The notes beneath the pieces were generated by a model. The model was given only the letters and a program-made list of their open reading frames with translations, made no database searches and had not been told where the DNA came from. From Gemmatales bacterium (GTDB taxonomy: Bacteria; Planctomycetota; Planctomycetia; Gemmatales; HRBIN36), in the NCBI GenBank assembly GCA_041640595.1, contig JBEPZY010000005.1, forward strand, positions 160,001-224,000: DNA of 64,000 nt. The letters run 5' to 3'. Positions 24,877 to 36,151 of the stretch are shown piece after piece. The position numbers and the translations under genes are program-made. How positions within the stretch are numbered: position 1 is the stretch's first letter; each line of letters starts with the position of its first letter.

Positions 24877-26115
24877 CTATGGATTCGCCCTGGTGCTGGA
24901 GACGATCTGGAACGGTAACTCGCCCTGACATTGGCGCTGCGTGGGTTCATGACGCAGTTGGATGAGGAGTCGGTACGCACCTTCCTGTAACTCCGCGGGG
25001 ATGCGGAAACGGATGAACAGGAAGTGATCCTGACGCGGCGAGCGGGAAATATCAGGCTCGAAGTGAATGGTTTGTTGCCAGCAAGGTTCACCGTGAACAT
25101 TATGGATGGCGATCTCGCCGGTCAGGGTCAGACAATAACGCTCTGTGTCGAGCGGCTGGTCTTCGAGATTTTCCAGTTCGCAATAAACACCGACGGCCTG
25201 GCCTGGAAGGAAGCGATTGGCGGAGATCGGTTCGAATTTGCCAAAACTTTGCACACGTCGGCAAAAGGTTAACTGCCGCATTCGTAGCGGAGCTTGCCGG
25301 CGGAGATCGGTGGTGAGTCCCTGGAGTGCTTGCAATAGGACTTCGCGGTCCCGTGCCGTCAGTGCTGCCGTATGTAATCCGCCTCGTTCCAGTTGTTCGA
25401 GAATGGGAAAAAGTCGGAGCAAAAACTGCTGATCGCGGTCACCGTAGTGGGAAAGGAGCTGGATTGCCTGTTCGGTGTGTCCTTCCAGGTAGGCTTGCAA
25501 AGCCGCCAGTACCGGTGCGTTCGCTTCGGGAGGTGGGGGCGACAAGTTTCGCGGTGCAGGTGCGGGTTCCGGTTCAGCGAGCAATTCTCGGGGCAGGGTA
25601 TCGGGAGGAACGGAAGCTGGACGTCTAGGCATTGGTAACAGGGGCGGGAATTGTGTGTCCTGTTCGCTTGGCCCGGAGACCTGCACAGTTTGTGGAGCCG
25701 GAGAATCCCCATCCCTTTGCGTTGGTTGTGCCGTTCCTTTGGTTGGTTCGATACCTGGATCGGAGACGGTAACCTGCACGCCGGTGGAAGCCTGATCCGT
25801 TGCTGGTGAACCGGAGGCCTGGAAACAGACCGCGGGCATGGCAGTTTCGCAGCCGGGCACCACACTGTTTCGCCAGGACAGCAGCGGACTGCAGGCCGGC
25901 AAACTCAACAGGAGCAACGCGGCCCCGAGGAGGCGAACTTGCTTCGACCAGTGGCCGGGCCGCGAAAAGGCCTTCGTCATACTGGCAAATCTATTCCTGG
26001 CCATTCGACGCACCGTTGGACAGATGGACGCACCCTCGGTTTGGACAACACCGCCCACTGCCAGGGTTGGCAACATAACACGCTTGCCGTTGGCGTCAAT
26101 AGGTACCATAGCCAA
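24877..26115 (-). CDS. Hypothetical planctomycete lipoprotein (start uncertain)
   Basis: LLLSLPAC lipobox-like motif, Pro-rich linker, C-terminal Ig-like FCRRVQSFGKFEP domain. Confidence 0.55.
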   Translation of the reverse strand: MAMVPIDANGKRVMLPTLAVGGVVQTEGASICPTVRRMARNRFASMTKAFSRPGHWSKQVRLLGAALLLLSLPACSPLLSWRNSVVPGCETAMPAVCFQASGSPATDQASTGVQVTVSDPGIEPTKGTAQPTQRDGDSPAPQTVQVSGPSEQDTQFPPLLPMPRRPASVPPDTLPRELLAEPEPAPAPRNLSPPPPEANAPVLAALQAYLEGHTEQAIQLLSHYGDRDQQFLLRLFPILEQLERGGLHTAALTARDREVLLQALQGLTTDLRRQAPLRMRQLTFCRRVQSFGKFEPISANRFLPGQAVGVYCELENLEDQPLDTERYCLTLTGEIAIHNVHGEPCWQQTIHFEPDISRSPRQDHFLFIRFRIPAELQEGAYRLLIQLRHEPTQRQCQGELPFQIVSSTRANP

Positions 26116-26119
26116 GCTC

Positions 26120-26959
26120 TCAATCCTGCACCATCGGGATGATCGGCGGAGAAGGTCGATTCAGTTGGCCCGATTCATATATGGCCCGGTACTCCTCTGC
26201 TAACCAGCGGCGAAAGAGTTGCGGCTGGTGAGACGTGCGGTTTTGCGTCAGCCAGGCTTCATAATGCCTTAGCAAGCGCCGCACTTGCCGAGTCCCATCA
26301 CGCCAGGGAAGTTGCAAATAACGCCAGCCCATTTGTTGCTGCGCTTCCGTGAGGCTGGCGTCTTCTTCGAGGAGCAACCACAAAACCGTGGCCATGCTCG
26401 TTCGATCCGCACCGGATTCGCAATGAATGAGCACAGGTCGCGGCAAGGAGGCGTGCCAGGCCAGCAATTGCTCCACCGCAGCCGGATCGGGCAAATTGTG
26501 CCGGTTCAAGCTGAGATCAACGTGTACCACGTTGCGTTGCTCAGCGGCCTGTTTTTCGGCCTGATACCAGTGTCGCTCGGGGTGTTTCCCGCGGAGGTTA
26601 ATGACCGAACGAATGCCGTAATGGTCGAGTACCTCCGGCCAGGCATGGTCCGGTAGCTGAGCGCAGCGATACAGCTGACCGGGACGAACCACGTGGAAGT
26701 TATAACGCACGAAAACTGTCGCCGACGCGAGCATTGCCACGCATACCGTCGCAATCGCCCACCCGGTCAGGATGAGCGACCAGGTGTGCAAACGCGAGCG
26801 GCGGACTGCTGCCGGCGTCTGTTCGGCGACCAAGTTCTGGATCATCGGACCGGGGCCAGGATTTGGTGTGCGTGTTCTGGCACGGTCAGTAGGTTTCATG
26901 CCGATTTTCCGGATGCTGGGGGAACCGGACAACCCGAGCGTGAGGGAGTTTTTCATCAA
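26120..26959 (-). CDS. Protein tyrosine/dual-specificity phosphatase family (start uncertain)
   Basis: NFHVVRPGQLYRCAQ, SVINLRG, HCESGADRT (CX5R). Confidence 0.82.
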   Translation of the reverse strand: MMKNSLTLGLSGSPSIRKIGMKPTDRARTRTPNPGPGPMIQNLVAEQTPAAVRRSRLHTWSLILTGWAIATVCVAMLASATVFVRYNFHVVRPGQLYRCAQLPDHAWPEVLDHYGIRSVINLRGKHPERHWYQAEKQAAEQRNVVHVDLSLNRHNLPDPAAVEQLLAWHASLPRPVLIHCESGADRTSMATVLWLLLEEDASLTEAQQQMGWRYLQLPWRDGTRQVRRLLRHYEAWLTQNRTSHQPQLFRRWLAEEYRAIYESGQLNRPSPPIIPMVQD

Positions 26960-27007
26960 CGCTGGTTTCTGGTGGAGGTTCGCCCGGTTGGTGCTGCGGT
27001 TTGGTCA

Positions 27008-28141
27008 TTAGAAGCCACGCTGCGACGGAAACGCCGGCACCGGAGTCCAGCCATCTTCGGTGCGCGGGAGTGGTACCGGCGGCATCAGGTGTACGTTGGC
27101 TGCGGGAGCCGTCGGTTGATTGCGCGCTGGGCTTGAACGATCCCCGGGACAGAGATTACCAGGGCAGGGATTTATTTGAATCGGTGGCGTCTGGGGTATG
27201 AGCGTAACGTCAGGTTCGCGGCTTCCCCTGGGGGAGGGAACGGAATGATTTGCTAACGGGTCTCTGGCAGCGGTGCTGTCTTGATGAATGGATGCGGACG
27301 CCGGCGGCCAGGAGCTGGGGCGAGCGGCAGAAGTTACCCGACCCGATGCGGCTTCGGTTTGCGTCAGCCGCGGGGAAGATGGTTGCCCCGCCAGTGCCGG
27401 GGGTTGCACAGCGTATTGTCCCCGCATCCAGGACAGCCAGCGGTCTTCGAGTTCTTCGATGTTGCTGTATCCGTAAACCTTTCGCACGGCGACATCCCAG
27501 CCTCGCTGCATTCCTTCCGCCAGAAAGGTCAGAAATGCCTGCCGACCATTGCTTTCCACCAGAAAACGCACCACCGAATAGCCCTGGGCATACAGCGTGA
27601 GGATGTCCATCCCGTTGGCCGGGTAATCGCGAAGGTTGAACAGTACCCGCAGGCGAAAGGCTCGCCCCTGCGCCAGGGCTTGCCGAACCATCTGATCGTG
27701 TCGCCGACGTTCCGGTTCATCCTCGGAAAGCACGGCACTGCCTTCGTCGGCCCAGCGCGGCAACGGACAACGGAAGTGTGATACCAGCACCGTGTGCGTA
27801 ATTTCGTGGGGCAGGACGCTGTTGTAAATGCGTTCCAGCGGCCCCTGCACGGTCATCTGCATGTCAAAAATCTGGCCATCTACCGGCTGGTAACTGGTTG
27901 CTCCTCCCGGTCCGCTGGGCAACACCACTACGCGAATGGGAACCGGAACGTTCCAGGTCGGCAATTCGTAGCCGAGCCATTGCAGCGCTTTTTCACGCCG
28001 ATAATGCTCGGCCAGTTGACCGACGCGCTGGGCGATTTCGGAAGTGGGGGCGTGCACGACAAAATTCGCAGTGCGATAGGTCGCTGCGGTGCACCATACC
28101 GCCAGCGAGGCGATCGCGATAGCCCAGCGCATCTGTTGCAT
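27008..28141 (-). CDS. Exported peptidase MA-like (HExxH) planctomycete protein
   Basis: GGAGG SD, signal peptide, LPHEITH, PRWADEG, LYAQGYS. Confidence 0.6.
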   Translation of the reverse strand: MQQMRWAIAIASLAVWCTAATYRTANFVVHAPTSEIAQRVGQLAEHYRREKALQWLGYELPTWNVPVPIRVVVLPSGPGGATSYQPVDGQIFDMQMTVQGPLERIYNSVLPHEITHTVLVSHFRCPLPRWADEGSAVLSEDEPERRRHDQMVRQALAQGRAFRLRVLFNLRDYPANGMDILTLYAQGYSVVRFLVESNGRQAFLTFLAEGMQRGWDVAVRKVYGYSNIEELEDRWLSWMRGQYAVQPPALAGQPSSPRLTQTEAASGRVTSAARPSSWPPASASIHQDSTAARDPLANHSVPSPRGSREPDVTLIPQTPPIQINPCPGNLCPGDRSSPARNQPTAPAANVHLMPPVPLPRTEDGWTPVPAFPSQRGF

Positions 28142-28529
28142 CGGGTTCCCTCCCGGTCTGGTGGAAAATGTGCGGCAGCCAGCCCGCACGGTCGGTTCCT
28201 TCCTGGTGTGCCGCGACCGGAAGTGTGGTAGCAAAAGGCGGGCCAGCCGCTGTTTCGACCGGTATCACGTTTTCGACCAGACCCTTAGTAACTGCATCGG
28301 CGAAACTTACATCGAACTGCCACTTTTCTGTACCGGGACAGCCAAACCGCAATCGGCTTGGGCCGTTGTAAGAGTTACAATCCCGTCGCCTGGTGCTTCA
28401 TTTTCCACTTCATGCCAGCGCCAGTGCATTGATTGCCTGAGGCCCGCTGGCTGAGAACGCTAACCTGTCAGGGCAGGCCGGACATTGTCCGGTTCGGTCA
28501 GTGAACATTTCCTGCGTGGGTGCGACGGT

Positions 28530-29615
28530 TCAATTCACGGGGAGCAGAATCGGTCCGGACGGTGGAGGCGGCAAATTCTGCGGGGACGGCGAAGCTTGCG
28601 AGGGCGGCAGGCCGTTGTTTTCCTGCCGGACCGGAGCTGGTTCAGGTTGTGGCTGCGATGGTGTCGTCGGCACAAGGTTTTGCGGACGGACGCTCCGTTG
28701 CGGTATGCCAATCCAGGCCGGAAACATTCGGCCCTGGCTCGTCGGTGTGGTTTGCGGTGCGTGCGTGCGGCAGCGGTCTGGTTCACGTCTCGGCGGGCGA
28801 ATGGTCACATCCCGATCGGTCTCAAACATCTGGCCATCCAGAGTCGTGAACCGCACGACTACTCGCAGCCGTTCGTAGTGCGGTATTACCTTCCACCGCA
28901 AGATCAGCCGATAGGCCGGGCTTCCCAGCAGCGGTGTCTCCCATTTTCCGCGCAATTCCCGTGCCGGTATATCCCAACTGCTGAGAGGCTGTTTGAGACC
29001 CTGGGGGGTGATTTCATAGACATCCACGTGCACATGGCCGGGCACTTTCACGACCTGATCGTCCAGGTCGCGGGGTTCGAGCACCACCACCAGCGCATCG
29101 TCGCCGGGACAGTCCGGATCATCATCCAGGCCACCGGTGAGCCGACCCAGAGTGATCCCTTTCAAGTACGCCAATCCGCGGAGTTCTGCCTTGCCAGTAG
29201 TCCGGAGTTCGTGCAGGAGCCTTTCGTATTCGGCTTCCAGGAGCCGCACTTCGCACTCGCAGTCGCGCAATTTCTGGCTGAGCTGTTCGTTTTCGCGTTC
29301 CTTGCGGCGTAACTCGGCCTCGACGAGTTCGGCGCCGGTACGACATCCGGCTAGACTCCATAGTAAGCCAACCGCCGACAGCAAGAGCGGGACAAGCAAC
29401 TGGCTCCTGCTAATGCCGGATACCGCGACAACAGGCGTGTAACTGCGGCGGGTGGATTGCGCTATAATCCCGGTCTGGCGCCGGCGATGTTCGGCGGCGC
29501 AGCAGCTAGCCGCTGATGAGCCTGGTGAACGCCTGGGCTGCCCACTCCGGAGGCAGCGCGCGGGAGCCGCTGCCATGCTGTTTCCATCCTTGTCGTGGTG
29601 AGATGAGCGGCTCAA
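28530..29615 (-). CDS. Hypothetical lipoprotein with coiled coil (start uncertain)
   Basis: WSLAGC lipobox, coiled coil, [14 protein letters not shown], Pro-rich tail. Confidence 0.55.
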   Translation of the reverse strand: MSRSSHHDKDGNSMAAAPARCLRSGQPRRSPGSSAASCCAAEHRRRQTGIIAQSTRRSYTPVVAVSGISRSQLLVPLLLSAVGLLWSLAGCRTGAELVEAELRRKERENEQLSQKLRDCECEVRLLEAEYERLLHELRTTGKAELRGLAYLKGITLGRLTGGLDDDPDCPGDDALVVVLEPRDLDDQVVKVPGHVHVDVYEITPQGLKQPLSSWDIPARELRGKWETPLLGSPAYRLILRWKVIPHYERLRVVVRFTTLDGQMFETDRDVTIRPPRREPDRCRTHAPQTTPTSQGRMFPAWIGIPQRSVRPQNLVPTTPSQPQPEPAPVRQENNGLPPSQASPSPQNLPPPPSGPILLPVN

Positions 29616-30358
29616 CTTTCCGGTGTATGCACCGGTTGATATTGCACCCGCTCCAGAATGTTATCGACCAAACCATAGTCCCGCGCTTCCTCGGCCGACA
29701 TGAATTTATCGCGGTCGGTATCCTGTTCGATCTTTTGCAACGATTGTCCCGTATGTTTCAACAGTATCTCGTTGAGCACTTTGCGCAAGCGGATGAATTC
29801 TTTGGCGTGGATCATGATGTCGGTGGCGGTGCCCTCACTGCCTGCCATCGGCTGATGGATCATGACGCGGGCGTGGGGCAAACAGTTGCGTTTGCCTCGC
29901 GTGCCAGCCGCCAGCAACACCGCAGCCATACTGGCTGCCTGGCCAATGCAGTACGTCGCCACCGGACAGGTTACGTACTGCATGGTGTCGTAAATGCCCA
30001 ACCCTGCCGTCACCGAACCACCGGGCGAATTGATGTAAAGGTGAATATCCGCTTTGGGGTCGTCAAACTGCAAAAACAGAATTTGCGCTACCACCAGATT
30101 TGCTGTCGTGTCATCAATCGGGCCTTGCAGAAACACAATGCGGTCCTTGAGCAGGCGGCTGAATATATCCATTGCCCGCTCTTCCCGACCGCTACGTTCA
30201 ATAACAAATGGCACCAGCGTCGCCAGGACCCGATTCCGTACTTTCGGCGAATCGCTGGCCAGTGCATCAGGTAATTCCCACCGAAAATCCCACATGGCTG
30301 CACCTGTGTTCTGTGGCAATGGTTCACCGTGAAAAACAACGCCTCGCTCAGCGATCAC
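29612..30358 (-). CDS. clpP: ATP-dependent Clp protease proteolytic subunit (alternative start 30295)
   Basis: [38 protein letters not shown]. Confidence 0.93.
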   Translation of the reverse strand: MIAERGVVFHGEPLPQNTGAAMWDFRWELPDALASDSPKVRNRVLATLVPFVIERSGREERAMDIFSRLLKDRIVFLQGPIDDTTANLVVAQILFLQFDDPKADIHLYINSPGGSVTAGLGIYDTMQYVTCPVATYCIGQAASMAAVLLAAGTRGKRNCLPHARVMIHQPMAGSEGTATDIMIHAKEFIRLRKVLNEILLKHTGQSLQKIEQDTDRDKFMSAEEARDYGLVDNILERVQYQPVHTPES

Positions 30359-30981
30359 GAAGCTGGCGTCTTGATGAGCACTTCGTCCACCAGCCCGTAT
30401 TCCTTGGCTTCCATGGCGGTGAAATAACGGTCGCGTTCGGTTTCACGGGCGATCTCTTCGACACTGCGACCGGTATGTTTGGCCAGAATCTCGTTGATCC
30501 GCTGTCGGTCGCGGATGATTTCCTGGGCCTGAATTTCGATATCGGAAACCTGTCCGCCGACCTGTCCCCAGGGCTGATGGATCATGACTTTGGAATGAGG
30601 CAGGGCGTAGCGTTTGCCTTTGGTACCACCGGCCAGCAGGATCGCTCCGCCACTCGCCGCCAGTCCAATGCAATATGTCGCCACCGGACAATCGAGAAAC
30701 TGCATGGTGTCGTAAATGCTCAACGTAGCCGTTACCGAGCCCCCGGGGCTGCTGATGTAAAAATGGATGTCCTGCTGTTTGTTCTCATACTGGAGATAGA
30801 GCATCTTCATGACGATTTCGATCGCGCTGAGGTCGTTGATGACGCCGGCCAGGAAGATGATGCGGTTCTCCAGCAAGAGATCGCCCAGCGTCATTTGCCG
30901 TTGCCGCATGTAATCGCGCCAGCGCTGTACTCGCGGCGGGAGATGACGTGGCAGGAAATCGTTTCCGGTAAGCACTTCCAT
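30355..30981 (-). CDS. clpP: ATP-dependent Clp protease proteolytic subunit, second paralog
   Basis: [35 protein letters not shown]. Confidence 0.88.
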   Translation of the reverse strand: MEVLTGNDFLPRHLPPRVQRWRDYMRQRQMTLGDLLLENRIIFLAGVINDLSAIEIVMKMLYLQYENKQQDIHFYISSPGGSVTATLSIYDTMQFLDCPVATYCIGLAASGGAILLAGGTKGKRYALPHSKVMIHQPWGQVGGQVSDIEIQAQEIIRDRQRINEILAKHTGRSVEEIARETERDRYFTAMEAKEYGLVDEVLIKTPAS

Positions 30982-31152
30982 AGGCTTCGCCCCGTTAGCG
31001 TGGTTTTTGCTCTGGTGCGTATAGATTCTATACGAAACGACGGCGCGGATATTCGGCTCGGTTACGGTACTGGCAGTTTTGCAAAACAATCGTCGGGCCA
31101 GGGCAAGTCGAGCCTGGTCGCGGTGCCGCCGACCGGATCGTGTCGGGCAGCA

Positions 31153-32727
31153 CTAGGTCGCTTCCGGAGCACTGGTCGTTGGTGATTCGGTGGAAGAGGC
31201 TTGTTCCGTGGAGCCTGTTGAGACCGACGAGGTCGCTTCTGCACTGGCAGGTTGCTGAGCGCTTTGTTCCTGCGATGTCGGCTCGGCTCCGAGTCTTTCT
31301 GGTTCGGTAATCTGGATGTCTTCCGCGATTTCGGCGGCAGCCGATGGCACCTCGGTGCTAAATTCCGCGGACACGTCTTCGATTTCGGCATGCTGAATGA
31401 TGAAATCGAGCACCTTGTTTTGCAGAAGCAGGGCCGCGAGGTTTTCGAGTTCTCCTTCCCGCTCCAGGCGTGCTCGAACACGACGTGGCGACTCGAGCTC
31501 CACCCGGGCCAGCAACTCCACTACCTTGTCCACCTCTTCGGGATCGACCTCGATCTTTTCGGTGTCGGCGATTTTCTGAACGATCATCTGGAAGTAAAGG
31601 TCGCCGGCCACTTCGGCGATGGTTTGTTGGCCGATGGCGATCTGCCAGCGTTGAATTTCTTCTGGAGTGTAACCGGCCCGTTGTAATTCCAGGATTCGTC
31701 GCGATAACGCCCGGCGATATTCCTGGGCCAAAACCGATGCGGGGAGTTGCGGCTGCACCTCTTGCAGCCAGGCAGTGACAATTTGTGAACGGAGCCACTC
31801 CCGCTGGGTCGAGTCAATGCGTGCCTGGAGCGCTTCTCGAACCCGCTCCATGAGCTCTTCTTCGCTGTCACAGCCGACTTCCTGCAAAATTTCTTCCAGC
31901 GATTCGGGCACTTGCACGGTGTAAATTTCTTTGATCAGCAATGTGCCCTGCGCTGTTCCCGTGATTTCCTGAGGACGGTTGGAGCGGAACAGTTCGATCG
32001 TGAAGGAACGTTCTTCTTTCGGTTTGGCGCCAGCAATTATCGGAATGAAGTTTCTGACTACACCGTCGTGGAATCGCACTTCGTCGGAGACTCGAAGGTT
32101 GACCTCGAAGTCGCCCACCTTGCGACCATCCCGGTAAACACTCAGCGTTCCGACGATCACATCCCCGGGTTCGGCGGCTTCCTTTTTCACCAGGCGTCCT
32201 GCCCGACGGCGAATGAAGATTTCGCGTTCATTGCGCAGGATTTCGTCGGTGATCTGGAAAACAGGCCGCTTGAGTTTCATGCCCTTGTAAGTGGGCAACG
32301 GGAAGTCCGGCCAGACTTCGAGGTCGAATTCGTAAACCAGTGGTCCTTCTTTGGGAATGGAGACGGCAAGCGGGTCGAAGTTAGGCGTGGTAATCGGGTT
32401 CAGGTTGTGCTGTTCGAGGATTTGTTGCAAACTGGCCAGAAGCAAAGTCGGACGGATTTCTTCCAGCGCTTGCGGTTCCAGATACCGCCGCACCAGTTGC
32501 GCAGGGGCTTTGCCAGGGCGAAAGCCAGGCACCGGCACGGTTCGCCCCAGTTCGCCCAGTTTCTGGTCCAGCAACCGGTTGATGATCTCGCGAGGCACAG
32601 TAACCTTGATGTGCTTCAAGCACGGGCCTTTATCGGTGATTTCGACCTGTTGTTCCAGCTGGAGGTCGTCGCCGGTCGCAGTGGGTGTGGTGGAAGCACT
32701 GGTTGTTGGAGTTTCCGTCTCGGCCAT
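31153..32727 (-). CDS. tig: Trigger factor
   Basis: VPGFRPGKAP ribosome-binding motif; lies upstream of clpP. Confidence 0.9.
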   Translation of the reverse strand: MAETETPTTSASTTPTATGDDLQLEQQVEITDKGPCLKHIKVTVPREIINRLLDQKLGELGRTVPVPGFRPGKAPAQLVRRYLEPQALEEIRPTLLLASLQQILEQHNLNPITTPNFDPLAVSIPKEGPLVYEFDLEVWPDFPLPTYKGMKLKRPVFQITDEILRNEREIFIRRRAGRLVKKEAAEPGDVIVGTLSVYRDGRKVGDFEVNLRVSDEVRFHDGVVRNFIPIIAGAKPKEERSFTIELFRSNRPQEITGTAQGTLLIKEIYTVQVPESLEEILQEVGCDSEEELMERVREALQARIDSTQREWLRSQIVTAWLQEVQPQLPASVLAQEYRRALSRRILELQRAGYTPEEIQRWQIAIGQQTIAEVAGDLYFQMIVQKIADTEKIEVDPEEVDKVVELLARVELESPRRVRARLEREGELENLAALLLQNKVLDFIIQHAEIEDVSAEFSTEVPSAAAEIAEDIQITEPERLGAEPTSQEQSAQQPASAEATSSVSTGSTEQASSTESPTTSAPEAT

Positions 32728-32865
32728 TGGCTTTACTCCTCTCAGCCGGCCTGACCCGGCCGTATTAACAAGCCATGCCGGGAATGCCGGCTTCTTTCAT
32801 TATGGGAAGTGCCGACACTCCCGGCATCGGCGAAGTAGTCCGGGCACGCCAGGCGCAAAAAGAAA

Positions 32866-32938
32866 AGCGGGTGACGGGATTCGAACCCGCGACAACCACG
32901 TTGGCAACGTGGTGCTCTACCAACTGAGCTACACCCGC
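32866..32938 (-). tRNA. tRNA-Gly(GCC), CCA not encoded
   Basis: GCGGGTGTAGCTCAGTTGGTAGAGCACCACGTTGCCAACGTGGTTGTCGCGGGTTCGAATCCCGTCACCCGCT. Confidence 0.96.
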
Positions 32939-32991
32939 ATTTTCCATAGCGATTATAGAAAGCTGGCCAGGAAAATCAAGAGACCTCATTT

Positions 32992-33672
32992 TTAGTTTTT
33001 CTGCTGTTCGGGCGGGGACGAAGAAGTACGCCGACGGTAATCCTGCCAGGCCCGGTCGAGCAAGGCAATAGCCTGGTCGTCGTCCAGCTGGGGGAAATGA
33101 TGGTAAAATTGACCCACTGCCCAAAAATCTTCCGGTGCCAGCAGGCAAACCAGGAAATCGCAGTATCTGCCCACTTGGTGTAAGCGGTCGGGGGAGCCTA
33201 CGGGCACAGCGACAACCAGTTCGGCCGGCTGTTTGGCGCGAACCACATGGCAGGCTGCGATCATCGTCGAGCCGGTCGCAATCCCGTCATCGGTCAACAC
33301 CACACTGCGCCCCGTCAATAGCGCAGGCGGGCGCACCTGCCGGTAAAGTTGTTGCCGACGGCGTATCTCAGCGAGTTGACGCTCCGCTTCGTGTTGAATG
33401 TACCCCTGGTCAATTTCCAGGCGTGCGACCAGGGCGGAATTGAGGATCACCTCGCCATCTTCACCAACTGCTCCGATGGCCAGTTCCGGTTGTCCCGGTG
33501 CAGGAATCTTTCGCGCCAGAACCACATCCAGTTCGGCGGGCAACTCCTGAGCAAGCACGGCACCCACCTCGAGTCCACCCCGCGGAATGGCCAGCACAAC
33601 CGGATCGCGCCAGCTTCGCTTCTTCAGTTCCGCCGCCAATTGCTTACCTGCGTCAATGCGATCCTGGAACAT
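32992..33672 (-). CDS. Phosphoribosyltransferase family protein
   Basis: FQDRIDAG, LAIPRGG, VVLTDDGIATGSTM, AVGQFY. Confidence 0.88.
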   Translation of the reverse strand: MFQDRIDAGKQLAAELKKRSWRDPVVLAIPRGGLEVGAVLAQELPAELDVVLARKIPAPGQPELAIGAVGEDGEVILNSALVARLEIDQGYIQHEAERQLAEIRRRQQLYRQVRPPALLTGRSVVLTDDGIATGSTMIAACHVVRAKQPAELVVAVPVGSPDRLHQVGRYCDFLVCLLAPEDFWAVGQFYHHFPQLDDDQAIALLDRAWQDYRRRTSSSPPEQQKN

Positions 33673-33795
33673 ACTTGGCTACCGCTATTGCCTATGTATC
33701 TTGTTTACCAGACGCCAACGGGAATTTGAGCCGAGGCAATCTCGTGATTCCATCCTTAGTTCCTGCATTCGCTGCCGGTCTGTGCGACACTAACG

Positions 33796-34890
33796 GTGAT
33801 TGTAAGCGAAAACCTGCCAAAAGCCATGTCCCAGCCAGCCGAAGGTAAACTTGCTTATCGCGCGATGGTGCTGGAACAACCAGGCCAGCCGTTGCAATTG
33901 CAGCACTGGCCGCTACGTGCACCGGGCACCAATGAGGTGCGTATCCGCGTGCTCGCCTGTGCGGTGTGTCGCACCGATTTGCACGTGGTGGATGGCGAAT
34001 TACCTCAACCGAAGCTGCCGCTGGTTCCCGGCCACGAAATCATCGGCGTCGTAGATGCCGTTGGGTCGTTGGAGACGCGGACCGCTGAACCACCATATTC
34101 GGGCACGCTTGCCGCTACCGGTTCGGCTGAGTGGAAGGTCGGTCAACTTGTTGGAGTTCCCTGGCTGGGGTGGACATGCGGTCAGTGTGATTGCTGCCGC
34201 AATGGTCGCGAGAACCTGTGCGAACTGGCGCAGTTTACCGGATATACCCGCGACGGAGGCTATGCCGAATACGTTTATGCCGATCCGCGCTACATTTTCG
34301 CAGTACCGGAAAGCTACACGCCTGCGGAGGCGGCACCGTTGATGTGTGCCGGACTTATTGGCTATCGCAGTTACCGATTCGCCGGCGAGGCCCGACGGCT
34401 GGGAATTTACGGTTTTGGAGCGGCGGCACATTTGCTGGTGCAACTGGCTCGCTACCAAGGCCGACAGGTTTTTGCGTTTACCCGACCGGGCGACCGAGCG
34501 GGTCAGGAATTTGCCCTGCGACTGGGTGCAGTCTGGGCGGGCGATTCTGATAAACTGCCGCCAGAACCGCTCGATGCCGCTATCATCTTCGCACCTGTCG
34601 GAGCTCTGGTGCCGCAGGCCTTGCAAGCGGTGCGCAAAGGCGGGGTCGTGGTGTGTGGCGGCATTCACATGAGCGACATTCCGTCGTTTCCGTATCGTTT
34701 GTTGTGGGGCGAGCGCATGGTGCGTTCCGTAGCGAATCTCACCCGCCGCGATGCTCAGGAATTCTTGACGCTGGCCCCGAAAGTCCCGGTTCGCACGCAC
34801 GTTCGCACTTATCCTCTCGAACAGGCCAACGAAGCGCTTGCCGATCTGCGTGCGGGTCGCCTGACCGGTGCCGCCGTTCTTATCCCCTGA
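33796..34890 (+). CDS. Zinc-dependent alcohol dehydrogenase (propanol-preferring family)
   Basis: CRTDLH, GHE, CGQCDCC..C, CAGLIG, GIYGFGAA. Confidence 0.9.
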   Translation: MIVSENLPKAMSQPAEGKLAYRAMVLEQPGQPLQLQHWPLRAPGTNEVRIRVLACAVCRTDLHVVDGELPQPKLPLVPGHEIIGVVDAVGSLETRTAEPPYSGTLAATGSAEWKVGQLVGVPWLGWTCGQCDCCRNGRENLCELAQFTGYTRDGGYAEYVYADPRYIFAVPESYTPAEAAPLMCAGLIGYRSYRFAGEARRLGIYGFGAAAHLLVQLARYQGRQVFAFTRPGDRAGQEFALRLGAVWAGDSDKLPPEPLDAAIIFAPVGALVPQALQAVRKGGVVVCGGIHMSDIPSFPYRLLWGERMVRSVANLTRRDAQEFLTLAPKVPVRTHVRTYPLEQANEALADLRAGRLTGAAVLIP

Positions 34891-35002
34891 ACCCGTCACC
34901 ACCGTCCTTTCGCAACCCTGCCGCGACTGGCTCCTTGCTCAGCTCGGTGCAGACGGTTATCTTAACCTGCGGTGGATAAGTGCTGAAGGCGGGAATCTTC
35001 CG

Positions 35003-35746
35003 ATGCAGGATTTGCACAATTGCCCGGGTTGTGGCAGCACCTTAGCGATCCCCACGCACCTGGCGGGTCTTTTAGTGCAGTGCCCGGCCTGTGACACGCA
35101 GTTTCGCCCTGCCGTGCGGGAAAATGCCAGCATGGGGCCTGTAACTAACAAGGGCCGTGGTTTGGCAGAAGGACTCTCTGATTTTCGGGAAGCCGAATTC
35201 TGGCCACCACCGATTGCGGAATGGGATAATGCAACGTTTCGCCGTGATGCTACGGTTGCGAGGACACGGTTGCTGTCGCGGGTAGCGATTGCGGAATGGG
35301 TCCAGGCGGCGCTTCCTGCCGACGATTTCCTCGCGTCAGAGAGAGTTGCCCGGGGTGAAAACGACTTCCAGGCTGGCATGGCCTGGTCCTCGAATGACTC
35401 CCAGGCCCAAGGCAACTGGCAGGCTTCGCTGGCGACCGAGGCACTCCCGGCTCAGGTAACGCCTGATGCAGCAATAGCGGGGAGGAAGACGGTCTCCGCA
35501 ATTCGACCGCATCGTGCCGGTTTCCTGCTCACCCTCGGCATCATCGGCATCATTGGACTGGGTATTTGTGGCACCATCGCCTGGCGTCTGGCAGATGCTG
35601 ACCTGAAACGTATGAATCGCGGCGAAATGGATCCATCCGGCCGTCAACACACTGAGACGGCCTACGTGCTCGGCCTGGTTGGCATCGCCCGCACCCTTAT
35701 GGAACTTACCGTGTTGGGCATGGTGCTATTTGCCAGATTCCTCTAA
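35003..35746 (+). CDS. Zinc-ribbon plus DUF4190-like membrane protein
   Basis: CPGC..CPAC N-terminus; C-terminal PHRAG-TM-DLKRMNRGEMDPSG-TM. Confidence 0.6.
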   Translation: MQDLHNCPGCGSTLAIPTHLAGLLVQCPACDTQFRPAVRENASMGPVTNKGRGLAEGLSDFREAEFWPPPIAEWDNATFRRDATVARTRLLSRVAIAEWVQAALPADDFLASERVARGENDFQAGMAWSSNDSQAQGNWQASLATEALPAQVTPDAAIAGRKTVSAIRPHRAGFLLTLGIIGIIGLGICGTIAWRLADADLKRMNRGEMDPSGRQHTETAYVLGLVGIARTLMELTVLGMVLFARFL

Positions 35747-36151
35747 GACCTCCAGAGCCGGCGTTTCGTCTCTCGTTTTCGCTACATACCGCATGCGACA
35801 GGTTACCGGCCTGGCGTTTGGGTATCGCGGCCAAATGGTGCAACTCCAATGCGGAAACGTTCGGAAAGCGGTTTGGCGCCAATTGCCCTGATGCGCGGTT
35901 AGCTCATCCGCATGCTGCCACGCTCTGGAGAAGGGATCGAACGCCCCCGATGCGCGCTCGCTGACGGTTCTCCGTACTGCCGGACTTTCTTTCCCGATGC
36001 GTGCAGCAACGCTCGCGCATCGGTATAACAATTCCCGGCCGTGCGAATCGCCAGCTTTTTACTTGCAAATTGGGCGAAGACGGCTACGCTATAGGCATCG
36101 CGCCAAAGCGACGACTTTCGGCTTCGACTGACTTGCGACGAGGAGTCGTCC

